Positions 1 through 9,418 of a stretch of DNA of 64,000 nucleotides are shown one piece after another. The stretch comes from a virus. Its lineage: Duplodnaviria > Heunggongvirae > Uroviricota > Caudoviricetes. Within the stretch, counting starts at the first letter, position 1. The number at the start of each line of letters is the position of its first letter. The translations under genes and the position numbers were made by a program. The stretch lies in IMG/VR virus record IMGVR_UViG_3300025133_000019. One strand, written 5' to 3'. Under the pieces are notes generated by a model. That model searched no databases, had not been told where the DNA came from, and saw only the letters and a program-made list of their open reading frames with translations.

Positions 1-6
1 TAGACC

Positions 7-417
7 TTGAGTTTAGATAAATTTTTCTCTCACTTTAACCCGTATTTTGGCCTTAGGTATCTTAAAGATATTCCTAGGGTCAATTTGTCTTCTGCAATTC
101 AAAGAGAGCTAATAAGTAGCCTGGAGAATGGCAAAATAGGTAGATTCAGAAAAGTTTTGTTAGACGGGGTTCATCTGGAATTCGTTTTCGAGTCCTGGGA
201 CGCTAAACAAGAAACTTTTGCCCACAGAGTAGAGTTATACTTTAAAGAATCAGCTATAGCTAGCACAGGTAAGTTTGTTGATACCGGAATGAGAGAGCTT
301 CTTTGGGCTATGAAATTGTTTACGGAAATGGACTCCGAGGAATTTAGTAGCGAAATTACTTGGTCACGCATTTTTTTGGAGGCAGACGCAATATCTCTGT
401 ATTGGTACACGTTATGA
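7..417 (+). CDS. hypothetical protein
   Basis: 136-aa ORF; stop overlaps the next start (ATGA at 414-417). Confidence 0.5.
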   Translation: MSLDKFFSHFNPYFGLRYLKDIPRVNLSSAIQRELISSLENGKIGRFRKVLLDGVHLEFVFESWDAKQETFAHRVELYFKESAIASTGKFVDTGMRELLWAMKLFTEMDSEEFSSEITWSRIFLEADAISLYWYTL

Positions 418-745
418 CAGGATTATCAGAAGATTCAAAAGAATTTCTCAGACTTTATGAGGAACGAGAAAAGAGGACTCCCGAACAAACCAAGGTTATC
501 GCAAATTCTCTGACAAAGAAATAAAAAGACTTTATTTGTGGTGGAAAGACGAAAGACCTAATAGAGTTTCCCCTTGGGATGACGGTTGGACAGAAGATAT
601 CAAAAGAACTGGGTATTATCAAGATTTCTTAAAGTGTGATCTTAATCACCCTGAACTAGAACTAGAATTAGAAGATCTTTATACCAAAGAAGATACAGAG
701 ATGCTTGCAAGACTTGCTAAAATAAGGACTAGTTTGTGGACTTGA
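414..745 (+). CDS. hypothetical protein, one apparent frameshift near 503
   Basis: ATG 414 frame (MTGLSEDSK...TKVIA) joins the 536..745 frame (KFSDKEIKRLYLWW) if one A is missing from the run at 503-505. Confidence 0.4.
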
Positions 746-769
746 TAAAAAGGTTTATAATCTGGTTGG

Positions 770-1204
770 ATGAGTACGTTAAATACAAGGTTGATAAATA
801 TGAGTGGTACGAAAAGTCTAAAAGAAATTCGAGACTCGTTAATGCTGCAAAAGACGACTCTAGATAACTTGTATAGAGTTAGAGGTTCTATTATAGAGGG
901 CTTAGCAGAGATAAACATTCGAATTAATACGGATATTGAAAATGGCTTTAAAGATCGTGGTTTACTTCCGTTTATAAGGCTTGAACAAGAGCAAGTAAAA
1001 GCCACTAAACTACGTTTATCCTCGGATCTTGTTGAGCTGCTAAGGCAAATAAATGTTATTGAAGACGAGTATAATGACGGAAGACTTAAGCTGGCAGAAC
1101 TTTCTGGTTGGTCTGAAGTAAAAGGAACTCAATTATTTTTATGGAAAAGGAGAGATGATGAAGTACCTGAAACTGCTGTGGAAAATTCTGAAGTACCTGT
1201 TTAA
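770..1204 (+). CDS. hypothetical coiled-coil protein
   Basis: 144-aa ORF with heptad-like L/I/E/K pattern. Confidence 0.55.
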   Translation: MSTLNTRLINMSGTKSLKEIRDSLMLQKTTLDNLYRVRGSIIEGLAEINIRINTDIENGFKDRGLLPFIRLEQEQVKATKLRLSSDLVELLRQINVIEDEYNDGRLKLAELSGWSEVKGTQLFLWKRRDDEVPETAVENSEVPV

Positions 1205-1212
1205 AAAGTTCT

Positions 1213-1512
1213 TTGGATAATATTATGACTAAGAAAGATAAAGAGCTGGAAAGTTTCTCAATAAAATCAGACGGCAGTGCTGCTGTATTCGTGGTTAACG
1301 TTAGTTCTCATGAAATGCCATTTCCCGTTGTTACTGCCTTAGTTTATGCGGGCAAATATGTACTTCAGGATTTTGAAGTCGCATTTGGGTCTAACTGGTT
1401 CGGTGTGGACGAGATTAACACGCCTACAGTAATGAATCAAAAATTTAGATTAAAAAGTGAAACTCTCAAAGCTAGAGAGCAGTATGACCGAGGATTAGAA
1501 GCGGATATCTAA
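1213..1512 (+). CDS. hypothetical protein
   Basis: 99-aa ORF in a co-directional run. Confidence 0.45.
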   Translation: MDNIMTKKDKELESFSIKSDGSAAVFVVNVSSHEMPFPVVTALVYAGKYVLQDFEVAFGSNWFGVDEINTPTVMNQKFRLKSETLKAREQYDRGLEADI

Positions 1513-1686
1513 AATTTCAGTATAATTTTAGGTCTGCTCCTAATATCCTTCTGTATACATTCGGAATAAATGGAGTTCCCGAGCAGTCTGAGGGTATAGG
1601 AATGTTCAATTTATCTGCTTTAACTACAGATGATATGGAAAACATTTTATTAGATGTTTTTAAGGTTCTTGACGAACTAGGGGATA

Positions 1687-1872
1687 ATGATAAAAAGATT
1701 TAGTTTTTCTGAATATTATGATAACTTAGAACTTCGTTTCCATCATACCAGATATTTAAATAACGGAGAAGAGTCTGAGGAAGAGGCTGAAATACTAGAA
1801 GAAATGGATGAAGTTTGGGAGATATTGACTCAAGATGAGAAAGATCGGTTACAAGGATTCCAGTTTACTTAA
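1687..1872 (+). CDS. small acidic hypothetical protein
   Basis: 61-aa ORF with GGGG SD-like element upstream. Confidence 0.5.
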   Translation: MIKRFSFSEYYDNLELRFHHTRYLNNGEESEEEAEILEEMDEVWEILTQDEKDRLQGFQFT

Positions 1873-2186
1873 TAAAAAAGGCAATTATGAATATAGAATA
1901 CTACAAAAACTTCATAGCATGCGAAATGTACGAACCACTTGAAATTGTTGAGGGCAACATAAATTTTAAAATTAGGATAGCGGTCAACTTAATTAAATTG
2001 AACCAGTCTTGAATAAATTATAAAATCAATTTCATTGTTTTTCGAGCTTGGCTTACAAGAGCCAAGGGCAAGACAGTTATTCCTCAGTAAATGGAGAATA
2101 ACTGTACAAAACCTTACTAGCTTGATCTCTGCGATAAGAGATTAGGTGAATCAGGCGGGAACACCTGTTAAATTTCCCGTCGCACT

Positions 2187-2258
2187 GGAGCTATATTATA
2201 ACGGTTATTATTCCAGCCTGTCACGCTGGAGATAGGGGTTCGACCCCCCTTGGTTCCG
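2187..2258 (+). tRNA. tRNA-Asp(GTC)
   Basis: Acceptor GGAGCTA/TGGTTCC, anticodon arm CCAGC-CTGTCAC-GCTGG, T arm AGGGG-TTCGACC-CCCCT; no CCA. Confidence 0.9.
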
Positions 2259-2326
2259 TTTAATCTTCTATATTCTGTAGTCATTGATTTATACTGGTTT
2301 ACATGGTATAATTTACAAAGGATTGT

Positions 2327-2533
2327 ATGGAATTTTTTCTTTTTCTAATAGGAATGGCTATATTTTTTGGAACTGTTACAGGTATTATCCCGGCTTTTAT
2401 AGTCGCTGCGCTAGTAGCGATATCTGACACATGGGAAACCGTTACTGCAAACAAAGTAAAAGCTTTGCAAGAACGCAGAAAGATACTGGAACTGGAATTA
2501 AAGCTTAAGAGCCGGGATTCTCAGAAAGAATGA
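2327..2533 (+). CDS. small membrane protein (N-terminal hydrophobic helix, charged tail)
   Basis: MEFFLFLIGMAIFFGTVTGIIPAFIVAALVAI followed by K/E-rich tail; AAAGGA SD; TATAAT upstream. Confidence 0.6.
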   Translation: MEFFLFLIGMAIFFGTVTGIIPAFIVAALVAISDTWETVTANKVKALQERRKILELELKLKSRDSQKE

Positions 2534-2657
2534 TGTTAGTTGTAACAGGAATTGGGGTATGCGTAGTTTTGTATATTTTGGTTTTCTATGTGCTGATAAC
2601 GGAGTCTGCTAAAATAGCCGGAATACTAAAATTTTTAGAAATTTTAAAGCTTACGTG

Positions 2658-2686
2658 TTGACATTGATACTAAATTAGTGTAGTAT
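2658..2686 (+). promoter_or_regulatory. sigma70-type promoter of the tRNA-Asn unit
   Basis: TTGACA-17 nt-TAGTAT; same GTGTAGTATTAGTA context recurs at 48335-48368. Confidence 0.7.
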
Positions 2687-2764
2687 TAGTATGTCGAACA
2701 AAGAAAAATACTGCAAAAGTATTAACTTTACCGAGGGGAATGTATGCGAGACATCCTATAAATC

Positions 2765-2818
2765 ATGAAAAGACTGGGCAACCTAAATAATAACAATTTT
2801 GAGGCCGGGGTCTTTTGA
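2765..2818 (+). CDS. Asn-rich leader peptide MKRLGNLNNNNFEAGVF
   Basis: Codons AAC CTA AAT AAT AAC AAT; ORF runs through antiterminator segment 2803-2811; start coupled to upstream mini-ORF 2744-2761 (SD GAGGGG). Confidence 0.7.
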   Translation: MKRLGNLNNNNFEAGVF

Positions 2819-2832
2819 CGCAAAAAATACTT

Positions 2833-2862
2833 GCCCCGGTCTTTTTGACCGGGGCTTTTTTT
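2833..2862 (+). terminator. attenuator terminator before tRNA-Asn
   Basis: GCCCCGGTC-TTTTT-GACCGGGGC followed by T7, ending 2 nt before the tRNA. Confidence 0.9.
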
Positions 2863-2864
2863 AT

Positions 2865-2936
2865 TCACCCGTAGCTGAGAGGTTATAGCGCTTGGCGGTT
2901 AACCAAGATACGTGGGTTCGATTCCTACCGGGTGAT
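2865..2936 (+). tRNA. tRNA-Asn(GTT)
   Basis: TCACCCG/CGGGTGA acceptor (U1:A72), CTTGG-CGGTTAA-CCAAG arm, TTCGATT T loop; atypical G33 and U73. Confidence 0.85.
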
Positions 2937-2941
2937 CTTTT

Positions 2942-2970
2942 AACCTCTGTTCCCAGGAGCAGAGGTTTTT
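2942..2970 (+). terminator. intrinsic terminator after tRNA-Asn
   Basis: AACCTCTG...CAGAGGTT plus T run. Confidence 0.7.
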
Positions 2971-2997
2971 ATTTTTCTCTTTATTTCCTGTTTATAT

Positions 2998-3621
2998 ATG
3001 ACAACAAAAAAAGAGAAAATATATAAATTAAAGTATGATTATAGCAAAATACAAGAGGATATAAACGCAGGGCTGGGTTACGCACAGGTTAGAGCTAAGT
3101 ACGGAATAAGTTTTGCAGCGTTGCACAAATCGGCAAAGAAGGGAAGAATACGATTTATGACCCACTCCGAGAAAGCTAGATGGAAAACAGCTAGGGGCCT
3201 CAATCACTCTCCTAAAATGACTCCTGAATACAAAAAGAAAATCTCGGATTCAATGAAAAAGGGCCACGCCGAAGGCAGAGCCCATAACATAGGTTCGTCC
3301 AGGTGGAACAATGAGGAAAGCTACCCCGAAAAATTCTTCAAGAAAGTAATAAGTAATCATTTTGAAGACCAAGATTACCGTTATGAGCTGCCCTGTGGCA
3401 TATACTCTCTGGATTTCGCTTGGGAACATAAGAAAAAGGTTATAGAGATAGATGGTGACCAGCACCAAAGATTCGAGGAATACATAGCTAGGGATAAAAG
3501 AAAAGATGCTTACTTGAAATCTACTGGGTGGGATCTACTTAGAATTCCGTGGAAAGAGTTTTACCACAACACAAAAGAATACATCCAAATAGCTAAAGAT
3601 TTCATAGACGGGTCTATCTAA
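2998..3621 (+). CDS. DUF559/Vsr-like PD-(D/E)XK endonuclease with NUMOD3-like motif (homing-endonuclease-like)
   Basis: KKKISDSMKKGH motif; YSLDFAWEHKKKVIEIDGDQH; DKRKDAYLKSTGWDLLRI. Confidence 0.75.
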   Translation: MTTKKEKIYKLKYDYSKIQEDINAGLGYAQVRAKYGISFAALHKSAKKGRIRFMTHSEKARWKTARGLNHSPKMTPEYKKKISDSMKKGHAEGRAHNIGSSRWNNEESYPEKFFKKVISNHFEDQDYRYELPCGIYSLDFAWEHKKKVIEIDGDQHQRFEEYIARDKRKDAYLKSTGWDLLRIPWKEFYHNTKEYIQIAKDFIDGSI

Positions 3622-4126
3622 AGCTTTTGGAATATCTAGATTTACTGGAATCTCCGGCAAGACCTGTTTTGATAACTTGGGAATACACAGAAAAATCTAT
3701 TATCTTTCCATTTAACAGATTCCAGTAATGAGGTAGTCGGTAAAAATCTTTCTGGAGTTTTGGGTCAAGAGAATCAAAATAGCTTTTCCTGTCTTCGTCG
3801 TTAAAAGGATCTAGCCCTGTTTCTCTCATTTGTTTGAATTCTTCTTTGTGAAAATCCCCGTAACTTAGCATGGGTTTGTCTAGCTTAAAATAACCGGATT
3901 CCCTGGAAACCTTGAAATCTTGGTAGTTGTTTTCAATCCAATCTCTAAAATCCGCAGCTATAACACCGCAGTTGTCCCGTATGCATCCGTATTTAATTTC
4001 GTCTTGATGAGTGTTAACAAACTCTTGAATAGCTTTCTTTTCTTGTTCGGATAAATGCTCTTGAGAATAACGGGATAACCCACTGTTGGCAATAACAACC
4101 ATTTTGCTTAAAATTCCCATACCCAA
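3614..4126 (-). CDS. hypothetical protein, paralog of 17578..18075
   Basis: Shared TGL.P..DRK..Y.SLDP....DF...PH.WN.LN.K.ID motif. Confidence 0.7.
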   Translation of the reverse strand: MGMGILSKMVVIANSGLSRYSQEHLSEQEKKAIQEFVNTHQDEIKYGCIRDNCGVIAADFRDWIENNYQDFKVSRESGYFKLDKPMLSYGDFHKEEFKQMRETGLDPFNDEDRKSYFDSLDPKLQKDFYRLPHYWNLLNGKIIDFSVYSQVIKTGLAGDSSKSRYSKSFR

Positions 4127-4211
4127 AATAAAAATAAAGAGACTATTTCATTGACTCGTACTAAGTTATGTTTTAGAATAGTATTAACTTAACTATAAAC
4201 AAAGGACTTGC

Positions 4212-4553
4212 ATGAAGGAAGTTATTTCCCTTAATGGTACTCGAAGAGAAATTCTGCTTGACCCAGAACGAACCAACTTGAGTTTGGTTCTCAGTATTAG
4301 TGGATCTAAATTGACCAGATTCCATATCTACCTAGACGGGTCAGTAGTATTTCGCAGTTTTATTCAAGGAAAAGATAAATCTGGAGCGGATACATATGGA
4401 GACTCCTTTGTCACATTCTTTGAGCAGTATAGATGTAATCAAGGATTTCCGAGGGATGGATTGGATCGTAGAAATAGGAGATGGTCAAGTATCTGGTTTA
4501 ACAGGTTGGACTATCCAAGAATTCTGGAATCACAAAGGTTGGAACACAAGTGA
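4212..4553 (+). CDS. hypothetical protein (C-terminal frame uncertain)
   Basis: ORF with AAAGGA SD and TTGACT-17-TAGAAT promoter upstream. Confidence 0.45.
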   Translation: MKEVISLNGTRREILLDPERTNLSLVLSISGSKLTRFHIYLDGSVVFRSFIQGKDKSGADTYGDSFVTFFEQYRCNQGFPRDGLDRRNRRWSSIWFNRLDYPRILESQRLEHK

Positions 4554-4650
4554 GTAGTTCCCAAGCTATCAAAATTTCTTATCCTGGAGGAGAAAATCTT
4601 CAGTTTCCGAATGGATGTATTAAAATTAGGATTACCAATAAGGATCAGTT

Positions 4651-5325
4651 ATGTCACGTAAACTTATTTTCATCAAAGACTTAAAGCCTTTAACTGCTTT
4701 GTCAGATGATTTCAGCTTTGAAAAAGTGGTTGTATATTATAGCAATAAACTAGGAGTATTCAGTCCAGTAACTTCTGAGACAATGCTATACAGTATATTC
4801 GGAACTAGTCTGACTTCCCCAGAATCCGTGGATACAAAGTCAAGAGACTGGTGCTTGGATTTGGCTAAGGATTCTGGAGCTTTGGCGGTAAGACAATACG
4901 ACACTTTTGACGATAAGAGCTTGGCTATTCAGTATTTCATCAGAAAAGGGGAAATGAACGAAGCCAGATCCAGAGAAGTGGGGATTAAACCTGTAGAGTC
5001 CCTAAATCCAAATCTTATATTAATCCGTGATAAAGACAGCAAATTCTTTACTATTGGTCACAGCCATCATGACTCTGGAGCGATAAAGGGTTATGTTCTG
5101 TATAACTATAAGGAAGAGAAAGTAGCAGAGGATAGTCTGTTGAGAAGCCCTAATGACCTTAGCGTAGAAAGTCTTATCGAAAGGGCGTTATCTTTAAACG
5201 TGTTAAACCCGGAAAACGAGATCTATATTTATGATTCGATAAAAGAGTTATTGTGGGATAAAAAGCAATTTGCTAATTACTGGAGTGTTATAGAAGAACT
5301 GGACAGGAAACATGGGAATATTTGA
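4651..5325 (+). CDS. hypothetical protein
   Basis: 224-aa ORF overlapping the next gene. Confidence 0.6.
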   Translation: MSRKLIFIKDLKPLTALSDDFSFEKVVVYYSNKLGVFSPVTSETMLYSIFGTSLTSPESVDTKSRDWCLDLAKDSGALAVRQYDTFDDKSLAIQYFIRKGEMNEARSREVGIKPVESLNPNLILIRDKDSKFFTIGHSHHDSGAIKGYVLYNYKEEKVAEDSLLRSPNDLSVESLIERALSLNVLNPENEIYIYDSIKELLWDKKQFANYWSVIEELDRKHGNI

Positions 5326-5710
5326 TAGAGCAAAAAGGATAGTTAAATCTAAAATTAATTCCGCACTGGATAACCTAGACATAGATTTAGGATTCGGGGA
5401 TTCTGAAGACTATAAGTCTGATCTAAGTGACGAAGAAATGGAAGATATTTTAAGGACAGCGGGTTATTATGATGCTCCTTGTGCTGTTGATTTAGAGTTG
5501 GAGAAGCAACTCAAGCAAGCTTATAATAAACTAGGAGTTCTTCCGGCTATGCCACTTAGTCAAATAGAGAAAGCTTTTAAAAAAGAAATTGTTAAATTTC
5601 ACCCAGATAAATTCCCCGGAGACTCAAAGAAACGGGAAAAAGCTACCAAAGTATCTCAAAGCCTTAGTGAAGCTATTTCGTTAATAAGAAAGCACCACCC
5701 CATAAAATAA
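5312..5710 (+). CDS. J-domain (DnaJ-like) protein
   Basis: AYNKLGV...IEKAFKKEIVKFHPDK with HPD motif. Confidence 0.8.
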   Translation: MGIFDRAKRIVKSKINSALDNLDIDLGFGDSEDYKSDLSDEEMEDILRTAGYYDAPCAVDLELEKQLKQAYNKLGVLPAMPLSQIEKAFKKEIVKFHPDKFPGDSKKREKATKVSQSLSEAISLIRKHHPIK

Positions 5711-5749
5711 AGAATTGAAGAATACTTTGAGCTGTGCTAACCTGTAGTT

Positions 5750-6358
5750 ATGGAATCTTTAATAAAACACTTGCTAAACATATCGTTAGACCTAGATTTT
5801 GACACCGGATTTACCTTTACCAGCGGTTTAAAAAGTCCTATCTACTGTGACAACAGACTTTTATATGGTGACATAGAAGCCAGAGAAAAAGTAGTTGCCG
5901 AGTTCTGCGATTTAATTCCTACTCAAAATCCTAGTAATACCGTGATAGCAGGAATTGCTACAGCTAGTATAGGGTGGGGAGCAATTGTAGCCGATAGACT
6001 CAAACTTCCCTTTGCTTATGTACGTCCGAAAGCTAAAGAACACGGGGCACAACGAAAAATAGAGGGTGCCAGTGTTCAAGATAAAAAAGTAATTCTAATA
6101 GAGGATACCATAACAACTGGAGCAAGTTCAGCGGAAGCTATAACGGAACTTATTAATGATGGTGCTGATGTGACAGCTTGTTTATCAGTATTTTCTTATA
6201 GATTCCATTCAGTTGACCGGGCTTTCAAACCTCTAGGAATAATGCCCATTCCTTTGGTATCGTTTCAAGACCTCATTGACTATCTGAAAGAGAATAAAGA
6301 GGTTCAAGACGATAACATAAAAAAATTGCTGGAATGGTACGGCAACAAAAACTTGTAA
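5750..6358 (+). CDS. pyrE: orotate phosphoribosyltransferase
   Basis: FTFTSGLKSPIYCDNR, YVRPKAKEHG, ILIEDTITTGAS PRPP-binding motif. Confidence 0.93.
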   Translation: MESLIKHLLNISLDLDFDTGFTFTSGLKSPIYCDNRLLYGDIEAREKVVAEFCDLIPTQNPSNTVIAGIATASIGWGAIVADRLKLPFAYVRPKAKEHGAQRKIEGASVQDKKVILIEDTITTGASSAEAITELINDGADVTACLSVFSYRFHSVDRAFKPLGIMPIPLVSFQDLIDYLKENKEVQDDNIKKLLEWYGNKNL

Positions 6359-6381
6359 TAACACAACACTAAATACTTGTA

Positions 6382-7476
6382 ATGATAACAGGAATTCTAG
6401 ACAACAAAAGATACTTTATCAGAGACATTTTAAGCAATGATCCCAGAGATTTTTTGCCTATTACTATGGTTACGGGATAGCAGTAGTAGAGGATCAAGAA
6501 CTGTGTGACCGGGATAACCCGAGATTTTATATCACAGCACGAAATTCGGAAGTCTCTTTTGGAACTATTTGTGATGGAATGGCTGATTCGACGACTTTTA
6601 AAGAGGCGTTGGAAGAAATAGTAAGGCAAATTAGATATGTGGAAAAATTGTAGTGAAATAGTTTTTTTAAATCGTACTAGTATGGGATTGGACTCTTCTA
6701 ACCTCAACCCTGATCTTATTATCAGCAGAGGAGAGGATTGGATTGAAGTATACAACTCTCAACCCTTAGCTAGTATTGTTGTGTTAAAAGGTCCCCGAGA
6801 TCCCCAAGAACTCAAGGAAAAGAGTTATACCATAGAAGGTCACACAGATTTTTTAGACGATAGATTGAAAAAGCACTTAGACAAAGGTTACACCGTTGTT
6901 CAATGCCGAGATTTTAAGGTAAAAAGAGAGGTTATCGAGAAAGGTGAGGATTATGTTAATTGGTCTAAAGTAAAACATATTGAGTATCTTGGTGAAGGTT
7001 ATATCAGTGCTAACGCAATGAAACCCGAGCTATGCTTAGTCGAAAAAGAGGACAGGGTTCTTATATTAAGTACTGATGATAACTCTTTTATGATGACTGA
7101 TACAGACGGAAATGTTGAATACACTGTGGAAGCAAACCCGGTTAACCTGAAAAGACTCTGCCATGAATACGGGTTAAAGATCTTCCAATTTGTAAATAAA
7201 ATTGATAAGTACCAAGCTTTATATAACTATGTGAAAAAGAAAAACTCCAGGGTTTTCCATTATCGAGATCTAGACACAAATTCAGTGTTTGAGTCTAAAG
7301 AAGAACTTGATTTAGAGGACCACACCAGACTAGAAAAAGTTGACGAAGAAGTTTATAGAGACCATACAATACAAATTTTAAAGTCAAATTCTGAGGTTAC
7401 CAAAAAAGCTAAACTGAAATATAGTAATGCCAGAAAAATAGATGAACATCTACTTAACAAGAAGACAACTGTATGA
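6382..7476 (+). CDS. hypothetical protein; track ORF 6637..7476 probably extends to ATG 6382 via two homopolymer indels
   Basis: Open reading continues across T6 (~6450) and A5 (~6645) runs with frame changes. Confidence 0.5.
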
Positions 7477-8558
7477 ATGATATTCTAATTGTAGGCGGGT
7501 CTTTTGATGGTAATTCCGGAAAACCTTCTAAAATAGTTTCCGGGCTAGCCGAGTCTTTTGATAACCCAAGAGTTGTTAATGGGGGCCACATAGATCTGGT
7601 AAGAAATCTTAGTTTAGACGGCGTTAAGTGCTTGGTATGGATGCCTAATATTGACAATTCTGAACCAAAAATTCTATTAGATATAAAGAAACGGTCTCCT
7701 CATCTTCTTTTAGTGTCTTCAAAACGAGTTGTAGAAAAAGAGTACTCACATTTTGATATTATATCCAGGCTATTAAAAACAAGATCTAACTTAGGGATTA
7801 TGGTAACCAAGGCAAATGACCTGTATAATTTTGAACTTCTCGATCCTCTGGGTAATTCGTTTTGTAGTACCAGCGATATAAAGACTTTTTCTAGCTCTTT
7901 GAACAAAAGAGTAGAATTTCTTCTAAATATTAAACGGGAAAGTTTTCAAGGAGATCCAGGCTTTTCGGAAGAGACCTTAGCTCAGGCTCAAAGTGAAATT
8001 AAGGGCGATTATATAGAATTAGTGAAAATGTACGCCCAGGAGTTTACAGAACATGTAAACGCAATTAACCCGAGCAGATTTTTGGGTAACACTAGCACAC
8101 GCTGCATGCAAGGATTTCCTTCTCAACGAGGGTCCGGAAGAGGTGAAATATTGGTGTCACGGAGGAACGTGGATAAAGAAACTTTAAGTAAAAAAGATTT
8201 CGTTCCTCTAGGAAACATTCCTAATTGTTATGGATTCGGACCTAATAGATTTTATATAGGCAGTAACAAACCTTCTGTGGATTCTCCTATTCAATATAGA
8301 TTATATGAATCTTTGTTAAACATAAATTTCATGATTCATGGTCATGTTTATGTAGAAAACGCAGAAACAACACAAGAAATAATCCCGTGTGGGGGATTAC
8401 AAGAAGTAGACGAGGTCCTTAGTATTGTTACTGACCCTATTACAACCTCTTTCGTGGTTAATCTAAGGGGACACGGATTTCTAGCAGGCGGTCACACCGT
8501 AAATGACCTAAAAGGTCTCAAATTCGTTTCTAGGGGATTACCCGAGGTTCACAAATAA
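7473..8558 (+). CDS. class II aldolase/adducin-domain protein
   Basis: C-terminal PSVDSPIQ..LY, MIHGHVY, NLRGHG motifs. Confidence 0.65.
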   Translation: MNDILIVGGSFDGNSGKPSKIVSGLAESFDNPRVVNGGHIDLVRNLSLDGVKCLVWMPNIDNSEPKILLDIKKRSPHLLLVSSKRVVEKEYSHFDIISRLLKTRSNLGIMVTKANDLYNFELLDPLGNSFCSTSDIKTFSSSLNKRVEFLLNIKRESFQGDPGFSEETLAQAQSEIKGDYIELVKMYAQEFTEHVNAINPSRFLGNTSTRCMQGFPSQRGSGRGEILVSRRNVDKETLSKKDFVPLGNIPNCYGFGPNRFYIGSNKPSVDSPIQYRLYESLLNINFMIHGHVYVENAETTQEIIPCGGLQEVDEVLSIVTDPITTSFVVNLRGHGFLAGGHTVNDLKGLKFVSRGLPEVHK

Positions 8559-8708
8559 TGCTAGTAGATTTTCATTGTCACTTAGATCTGAATAAAGATT
8601 GGAAAGAGCTTACTGAGAAAGCTGTTTTCGTACTCTCTGTTTGCAATCTGGTGTGAATTTACGAAGAAAGAATACGAACCACAATTGTTTTTAGCTATGG
8701 GTAGATAA
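8558..8708 (+). pseudogene. truncated TatD-family nuclease fragment
   Basis: MLVDFHCHLDL start, stop after 32 codons, second frame ending LFLAMG. Confidence 0.55.
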
Positions 8709-8711
8709 TAT

Positions 8712-9407
8712 CTATCTTGATCCGGGAAGTCCGGGCATACTCCCAGCATATCCAGCATCTCTTCTTTTTACCTCTTTTACCACATCTTTTGCGGTAACAA
8801 CATCAGATTCTTCAGACATTTCCATATAAACTTTAACAGAGGTTTCTATTATAGAGCCTATGAATTTATTTTGTTCGGTAGGGTCGTTAAATGTCCATCC
8901 TCGTTTTAAATATTTCCACAGCCTTGTTAAAGCCGAATAGGGCTGATCGCCAGTATTCTTAGTTTCTATGGAGTTTCCAGTTTGAGAGATATAGATATTT
9001 ACATCTGGGTCGTAAGGACTGTGCTCGTTTGGCCCAGAGCATACCGCATAACCGTTAGCTACGCTCCAATCATGAGTATCTATAATTTCTTTAGGACTGC
9101 CCCATTTGAACAGTAAGAATTGAAGCTTTCTTCCTTCGCAGTTAAAATCAAAAAGTGATCTTTGTATTGCCGGAAACGATAGAGTAGCAGTAGCTTTTGA
9201 TTCAAATTTAACAAGATCCTCCATCTTTCTAAAGACTATATCGAAATCGTTATAATCTAACCCCTGTCTTATAGAGTGTATAGATGATCCAGTTATAAAA
9301 ACTTGGGTATGAAGATTAGGGATTCCTAAGTCTTCCCCCAGTCTCTTGATGATGCTAAAAACATGGGAAATAGTTCCGTGTACCTTATCTTTTTGTTTAT
9401 TAACCAT
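8712..9407 (-). CDS. Pol-beta-superfamily nucleotidyltransferase (class II CCA/poly(A)-polymerase head-like)
   Basis: FITGSSIHS...NDFDIVF (GS..DxD), IIDTHDWSV resembling the RRDFT motif. Confidence 0.6.
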   Translation of the reverse strand: MVNKQKDKVHGTISHVFSIIKRLGEDLGIPNLHTQVFITGSSIHSIRQGLDYNDFDIVFRKMEDLVKFESKATATLSFPAIQRSLFDFNCEGRKLQFLLFKWGSPKEIIDTHDWSVANGYAVCSGPNEHSPYDPDVNIYISQTGNSIETKNTGDQPYSALTRLWKYLKRGWTFNDPTEQNKFIGSIIETSVKVYMEMSEESDVVTAKDVVKEVKRRDAGYAGSMPGLPGSR

Positions 9408-9418
9408 AATAAAATCCT

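Noticed and set aside
1687-2186. Asp-sensing leader before tRNA-Asp
   Set aside because: No Asp-rich short ORF and no U-tailed terminator next to the tRNA; the upstream acidic ORF is Glu-rich and distant.
2691-2862. T-box riboswitches as the explanation for the tRNA leaders
   Set aside because: No T-box GGTGG-ACC consensus in any of the three leaders, which are too short and contain translatable codon-matched ORFs.
4430-4625. Further TAG-readthrough candidates at 4555 and near 63765
   Set aside because: Both sit in regions that already need a frameshift to be coding, so sequence error explains them equally well.
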